NCBI GenBank assembly: GCA_000025185.1
Contig: CP001848.1
Coordinates: 180,001 to 212,000 of the forward strand
Length of the DNA: 32,000 nt
Direction: 5' to 3'
Source of the DNA: Pirellula staleyi DSM 6068
GTDB lineage: Bacteria; Planctomycetota; Planctomycetia; Pirellulales; Pirellulaceae
In this document: positions 25,487-32,000 of the stretch, one piece after another
How the letters are laid out: each line of letters starts with the position of its first letter
Numbering within the stretch: the stretch's first letter is position 1
Notes under the pieces: generated by a model
What the model saw: the letters and a program-made list of their open reading frames with translations, nothing else
Told to the model about the DNA's origin: nothing
The model's database searches: none
Translations under genes and position numbers: made by a program

Positions 25487-27400
25487 ATGCGAGACCTCAA
25501 GCTTACCAACATTTGGACGCCCGTTTGGGTGCGAGTTGCCTGCGGGCTCTTCATCGTGCTCGCTGGCTCGGTGGCGACTCCTGCGCTGCGGTCGTTGTGG
25601 GGAGAGGAACCAGCTGCGGAGGCTCGCGTTTACAAAGATGGCGAGAAGTACGATCGCTACTACGCCCCGCCAGCCGCCAACGAAACGGTGATTCCGCTCG
25701 ATGCAGTCGCCGCCCGACTTCCGGTCCGCCTGCGCCGTCCGCAATCGCTGGCGGTGACGAGCGATGGTCGTACGCTGCTGGTGGCGTGCCGCGAGAGTGG
25801 CTCGATCGTGATGATCGATACTGCCACGCAGCAAGTGCTGGGGGAAGAAAAACTGGGAGAGCGGCTGATGCAGATTGTGCGACTGGCGTCGCGCGATGCG
25901 TTTGCCGTGGTCGATCACGAAGCGCATGAACTGCTGCACGTTTCGCTGCAGCGCAGCGATGATGCAGTGCCCACCATCAAAGTGGTGGAGCGCATCGCGC
26001 TACCGGCTTATCCGATTCGCGTGGCGAGCTGGCCCGATGGAAAGCAGCTTGCCGTCACCTCGCTTTGGTCGCGCAAGTTGTCGCTCGTCGATACCTCGGG
26101 GGAGTCGTGGAAAATCAGCTCGTCGCGGAAGCTCGATTTTCAGCCTCGCGAAGTGATGTACCTCGGCAATGCCGATCGCTTGATCGTTGCGGATGCGTTT
26201 GGTGGAAAGCTCGCGGTGATCGATCCTTCTGCCGAGGTCGAGACGATCACGCGTCAGTTTCCAGGTCACAACATTCGTGGTCTGGCGGTCACTCCCGACT
26301 TCAAATCGATCCTGGTTTCGCATCAGATGCTCAACGAACTCGCGCACACCATTCGCAACGATGTGCACTGGGGACTCTTGATGTCGAACGACTTGCGTTG
26401 GCTCAAAACCGATGCCGTGCTCGAAGGTGGCAAGGAACAATATTTTGGCTCGCACATGCATCCGCTCGGCGATGCCGGCGCTGGTGCTGCCGATCCCGAA
26501 GCGGTGGTTGTTTCGTCGCAAGGAACCGTGCTCGTAGCGCTCGGTGGTGTGGGACAAATCTCGATCGGCAAAGAAGATGATTTTGTCCTCGATCGGCTCA
26601 CGATTGGCCGCCGTCCGGTGGCGATCGCGCTTTCGAAGGATGAGAAGACCGCGTATGTCGCTAACCAGTTCGACGACTCGATTGCGGTGGTGAACATCGA
26701 GGAAAAGAAGCTGGTGAAAACGATCGGCGTAGGTCCCCTGCCGAACCTGACGGTGGCCGAGCGTGGCGAGATTTTGTTTCACGACGCGCGGATGTCGCAC
26801 GACAGCTGGATGAGCTGCCAAAGCTGCCACACCGATGGTCATGCCAACGGCCAATTGAACGACAATTTCAGCGACAAATCGTTTGGTGCGCCGAAGCGCG
26901 TGTTGTCGCTGCTGGGCCAGAGCGACACGGCGCCGTATGCCTGGAACGGCAAAGTGGCGGACCTGGCCACCCAAGTGGAAAACAGTGTGACGAAAACGAT
27001 GTCGCGCGAAGATCCTCCCGCGCGTGATGAGGTGGAGGCGATCGCCGCTTACATCGCCACGCTGAAAAGCCCGCAGCCACTCGCCGCCATCGACGACTCG
27101 ATCGATCGCGCGTCGATTGCTCGCGGCGAGAAGATTTTTTCATCGCGCAACTGTAACGATTGCCACGCCGCACCCACTTACACTTCGCCCGAGACCTACG
27201 ATGTGGGGCTCGTCGATGAACTGGGAGAGAAGCGTTTTAATCCACCTTCACTGCGTGGTGTGTCGCATCGCTCGCCATTACTGCACAACAAGCGTGCCCG
27301 TACGATTGAAGAAGTGTTTGAGCAGGTGAAGCATCCCAATAGCGCCGAGTATTCGGCGGATGAAGTGCGCGACCTCGCCGCTTTTCTCCGGTCGCTGTAG
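25487..27400 (+). CDS. Beta-propeller (YncE/YVTN-like) fused to a di-haem cytochrome c peroxidase/MauG-family domain, with an N-terminal membrane anchor or signal
   Basis: ATG at 25487 (MRDLKLTNIWTPVWVRVACGLFIVLAG...). Repeated 'P..(I/V)A.S.DG..L.V(A/T)' propeller blades. Two CxxCH haem motifs: CQSCH (26816-26830) and CNDCH (27152-27166). 'PSLRGV' follows the second haem site, as in the CCP family. Confidence 0.8.
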   Translation: MRDLKLTNIWTPVWVRVACGLFIVLAGSVATPALRSLWGEEPAAEARVYKDGEKYDRYYAPPAANETVIPLDAVAARLPVRLRRPQSLAVTSDGRTLLVACRESGSIVMIDTATQQVLGEEKLGERLMQIVRLASRDAFAVVDHEAHELLHVSLQRSDDAVPTIKVVERIALPAYPIRVASWPDGKQLAVTSLWSRKLSLVDTSGESWKISSSRKLDFQPREVMYLGNADRLIVADAFGGKLAVIDPSAEVETITRQFPGHNIRGLAVTPDFKSILVSHQMLNELAHTIRNDVHWGLLMSNDLRWLKTDAVLEGGKEQYFGSHMHPLGDAGAGAADPEAVVVSSQGTVLVALGGVGQISIGKEDDFVLDRLTIGRRPVAIALSKDEKTAYVANQFDDSIAVVNIEEKKLVKTIGVGPLPNLTVAERGEILFHDARMSHDSWMSCQSCHTDGHANGQLNDNFSDKSFGAPKRVLSLLGQSDTAPYAWNGKVADLATQVENSVTKTMSREDPPARDEVEAIAAYIATLKSPQPLAAIDDSIDRASIARGEKIFSSRNCNDCHAAPTYTSPETYDVGLVDELGEKRFNPPSLRGVSHRSPLLHNKRARTIEEVFEQVKHPNSAEYSADEVRDLAAFLRSL

Positions 27401-27470
27401 GACTAACTGCACCACTTTTTCAAAATCGCTCGGACACAAAAGTGATCGATATTTCAGGGAGGAAATGGGG

Positions 27471-28235
27471 ATGGGAGCTGCTGCTTCACGTAGTACGATT
27501 GTGATTCCGGCGCGACTCGCATCGACACGCTTACCACGCAAACTTTTGCTGCGCGAAACAGGCAAGACGCTGCTCGAACACACCTATCGCGCGGCTCAGC
27601 GAGCGACGCTTCCGCAAGGTGTGCTTGTGGCGGCTGATTGCGAAGAGATCGCCGACGAAGTGCGCCGCTTTGGTGGCCGCGTGCAACTGACGAGTCCGCA
27701 CTGTGCTAGTGGAAGTGATCGCGTAGCCGAAGTAGCTCTCGCGCTCGAGAACGTTGACATCCTAGTGAACGTGCAAGGCGATGAGCCGGAGATTCGTGGC
27801 GAGTCGATCGATCTGGCGGTGAAACTGCTCGACTGTCATCCCACGGCGATGATGAGCACTCTCGCCACGCCGATTCGCACGCGCGAACAGTTGCTCGATC
27901 CCTCGTGTGTGAAGGTGGTGTTTGATAGTTCGCGGCGGGCGATGTACTTCAGCCGAGCGCCAATTCCGTTTGCACGGACTTGGAACGACGATCTGCTGCA
28001 AGCCAATCCCCCCCTCTTCTATCAGCACATCGGTTTGTATGCCTATCGTCGCGAGTTTCTCCTCACGATGCCGACCCTACCCAGGTGCGCGATCGAGCAA
28101 GTCGAGAGCCTCGAGCAACTGCGCGTGCTCGACGCCGGCTATTCGATCCTGGTGGGTGTGATCGAAGAGCCAACGATCGGCATCGACACTCCCGAGGACT
28201 ACCAGAAGTTCGTCGCCCGGACGCTGGGTGATTAA
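27471..28235 (+). CDS. kdsB: 3-deoxy-manno-octulosonate cytidylyltransferase (CMP-Kdo synthetase)
   Basis: 'VIPARLASTRLPRK.L', 'DRVAE' and 'VNVQGDEP' blocks. Candidate ATGs are at 27465 and 27471, just after a GGGAGG Shine-Dalgarno-like motif (27455-27460); the spacing favours 27471. Confidence 0.9.
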   Translation: MGAAASRSTIVIPARLASTRLPRKLLLRETGKTLLEHTYRAAQRATLPQGVLVAADCEEIADEVRRFGGRVQLTSPHCASGSDRVAEVALALENVDILVNVQGDEPEIRGESIDLAVKLLDCHPTAMMSTLATPIRTREQLLDPSCVKVVFDSSRRAMYFSRAPIPFARTWNDDLLQANPPLFYQHIGLYAYRREFLLTMPTLPRCAIEQVESLEQLRVLDAGYSILVGVIEEPTIGIDTPEDYQKFVARTLGD

Positions 28236-28489
28236 GGAGCGTGACGAAGTTCGGCGAGTCCAGCGTGGCTGCGACCACTGTGCGTGACCGATCAGCCCCA
28301 TGAGCAGCGACTTGCGGCCCGCATTTCCCCACTAAATTCTGGCGGCGATTCACAACCATCAGGGAGCGTTTTTCACGAGAATTTCGAGCGGTTTTCGACT
28401 ATTCTGGAGGTTTCGAGGCTCTTCAATTCGATCTGTCTAGCCCCTAGGCGCTTGACCCCGAATCCGAGAGCATAGTGCAGGGCTTTTAG

Positions 28490-30157
<1,668 letters not shown>

Positions 30158-30220
30158 TTTTTCGCTACCCTCAGCGACTCACTTAAGTCCCGACCTCTAC
30201 TAGCCAGTAACTCTCCCGCT

Positions 30221-30508
30221 ATGTCGAGCTCACCACCGAAAATTGATCCTAAGCAAATTCCACCTGCTTCGCTGTCGTTTTTGATTTCGACCCTTGCCGC
30301 GCAGGCGATGACAGCGATGGGACAAGCGCCCGATCCTCGGACTGGCACGAAGGAAGTTCAGCCGGAACTCGCGCGGCACTTCATCGACAGCATCGCCGTG
30401 CTGCAAGAGAAGACCAAAGGAAACGCCACCACCGACGAAGCTCAGCTCATCGAAGCCGCTTTGCATCAGCTGCGAATCTTCTACGTCGAAGCGACGAAGA
30501 AGAAATAG
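30221..30508 (+). CDS. DUF1844 domain protein
   Basis: 95 aa. 'SFLISTLAAQAMTAMG...P.TG......LA...ID....L.EKTKGN....E..L....L..LR..Y' matches the DUF1844 pattern as I recall it. Confidence 0.7.
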   Translation: MSSSPPKIDPKQIPPASLSFLISTLAAQAMTAMGQAPDPRTGTKEVQPELARHFIDSIAVLQEKTKGNATTDEAQLIEAALHQLRIFYVEATKKK

Positions 30509-30550
30509 CCAGCAGATTGTGTCACCACACCAGCGAGAAATGATTGCTCG

Positions 30551-32000
30551 CTAGAGCCGCGGCGCTGCTCCTGCAGCAGGCATCGCCGGGCTGGCGCTCT
30601 CTTCGTCCTGCTGAATTTTGTAGCCCATCCGCCGGGCAGCATTCGTGGTGGCATTCGGCAGAATTATCTCGAGCCAATTGAGCAGCAGCGGCAGCACGAT
30701 CAGATTTCCGACGAGGCCGCCGATCATCGCCAGGCTCACTAGCGCTCCGAAGTAGATCGTCGGGACAAACTCGCTGAAGAGCAGCACACCAAAGCCAGCA
30801 ATCAGCGCGATCGTGCTAAAGAGCGCTGCGAGTCCCACACTCTCCTGGACTTCATCGCGGCAAGCATCGGGATGTTTTCCGCGACCACGGGCTTCGAGAT
30901 AGAGCAGCAAATAGTGAATCGAACTGTCGACCGACAGACCCATCGAGACAGCTGCGATCATAGCCGCCCCCATGTTCAATTTAAGGCCGAACCAGCCGAG
31001 CATTCCCATCAAGACAAAAATCGGGAACGCATTGGGGACGAGCGCCACGAGTGTCAAGCTGAGACTTCGCACTGTCACGAGCAGCATCACAGCAATTCCG
31101 ATACTCGCCGCGCCAAAGGTGACCCATTGATCGCGAAGCATGCTCTCGATGAGTCGCGTGAGCAGCACGTACGACCCAGCTGCAGCAGCGGCTGGATCTT
31201 CCTTGGTTTGAGGAAATGCTTCGAGCGCCAATCGCTGCACTTCGCCGATGAGCCACGCCTTGCGATTGGCTGGCTGACGTTCGAGTGATCGAAGCATGAT
31301 ACGGAGCGAACCACGTCCAATGGGCGAACCATCTTCGTCGGTATGCTGATGCCTTAGCGACTGCATGAACGACGGCATCGCTGCTGTCATCCCTTGCAAA
31401 CGCAACTCGGGATCGCGTGGCAGCGAGGCCAAATTTTGATCGGCATCGGCGGCATCGAGTGCATCCACGAGGCTGATCACCTTGGTGAGCGCCGCCGGTT
31501 CATCGGGTGTGGAATCGGGATAACGCAGCGCGCGAAGACGATCTTCGAGCGTGCGAACGCGGTCGAGGTAGTCCTTCGTCAGACGCGGCGGCGCGCCGAG
31601 TACAAGATCCCAAACACCAGCGCCGCCGAGACGTGTTTCGACAAAGGCATACCACTGCACCAGGCGACTTCCACTGCGGAAATTCCGGGTGAAATCGGTC
31701 TCCACCGACAGCCGCGAACTGCCGATCGATAAGATCACCGTCAGCACCAGCAGCACCGGTCCAAACCAGCGCGAGCGATCCACGGCCCACGTAGCACTGT
31801 CGCGCAGAAAGTTACGGACTGCGAGTTCAGAGGGACCAGGGCGATGCTCGCGCGGAACGGCTGCGAACGTAGCCATCAGCGGCGCGAGCAGGTAGACGGC
31901 AGGAATCACCAGCAGCGAACCGATCACCATCATCGTGCCGAAGTCTTGAACCGGTCCAACTTCGGCTAGCCACAGCGAACCAAAGCCCACAGCATCGGTG
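30551..32000 (-). CDS. MMPL/RND-superfamily membrane transporter, C-terminal part (5' end beyond the window)
   Basis: The frame stays open to the window edge; the track start at 31990 is an internal GTG. It shows a TM cluster, then a large soluble loop, then a six-TM-like C-terminal bundle ('AVSMGLSVDSSIHYL' is an SSD/RND-type helix). Confidence 0.8.
   Translation of the reverse strand, partial: TDAVGFGSLWLAEVGPVQDFGTMMVIGSLLVIPAVYLLAPLMATFAAVPREHRPGPSELAVRNFLRDSATWAVDRSRWFGPVLLVLTVILSIGSSRLSVETDFTRNFRSGSRLVQWYAFVETRLGGAGVWDLVLGAPPRLTKDYLDRVRTLEDRLRALRYPDSTPDEPAALTKVISLVDALDAADADQNLASLPRDPELRLQGMTAAMPSFMQSLRHQHTDEDGSPIGRGSLRIMLRSLERQPANRKAWLIGEVQRLALEAFPQTKEDPAAAAAGSYVLLTRLIESMLRDQWVTFGAASIGIAVMLLVTVRSLSLTLVALVPNAFPIFVLMGMLGWFGLKLNMGAAMIAAVSMGLSVDSSIHYLLLYLEARGRGKHPDACRDEVQESVGLAALFSTIALIAGFGVLLFSEFVPTIYFGALVSLAMIGGLVGNLIVLPLLLNWLEIILPNATTNAARRMGYKIQQDEESASPAMPAAGAAPRL

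Overview
High-GC bacterial chromosomal segment. The gene content suggests Planctomycetota (Pirellulales-like): futalosine-pathway mqn genes, DUF1844, secreted EF-hand repeat proteins, very large helical proteins, weak Shine-Dalgarno usage and many antisense shadow ORFs. The right two thirds (12.6-32 kb) is mostly housekeeping: glf plus a DUF707-like gene, lysA, an alpha/beta hydrolase, metG, mqnA plus an MqnC/E-family radical SAM gene, a secreted hypothetical, an EF-hand protein, a CYTH protein, a beta-propeller/di-haem peroxidase fusion, kdsB, pyrG, DUF1844 and a partial MMPL/RND transporter. The left third is the unusual part. (i) Bases 1-2790 hold the 3' end of an operon encoding a sulfatase/alkaline-phosphatase-type hydrolase and two different radical SAM enzymes (one HemN-like, one small with a SPASM/twitch-like Cys-rich tail). 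From memory this resembles the uncharacterised STM4011-STM4013 neighbourhood. (ii) Bases 3006-12362 form a same-strand island of poorly conserved, mostly alpha-helical proteins. One is a 1377-aa protein whose C-terminal half carries catalytic motifs strikingly like eukaryotic type II PI4-kinases (DRHGNN...IDNGLAFP). Another is a ~875-920-aa protein with four 222-bp tandem repeats and a C-terminal papain/C39-like Cys-His-Asp protease signature. A GNAT acetyltransferase lies between them and small or medium hypotheticals flank them. The kinase and protease proteins appear to share the same degenerate helical repeat scaffold, so this may be a modular effector-like system and is my best candidate for something undescribed. 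Other notable structure: a perfect 30-bp inverted repeat (16935-17066), a cluster of REP-like GC hairpins (20339-20600) and a local codon-usage shift across the mqn locus. I found no rRNA, tRNA, CRISPR array, transposase or integrase.
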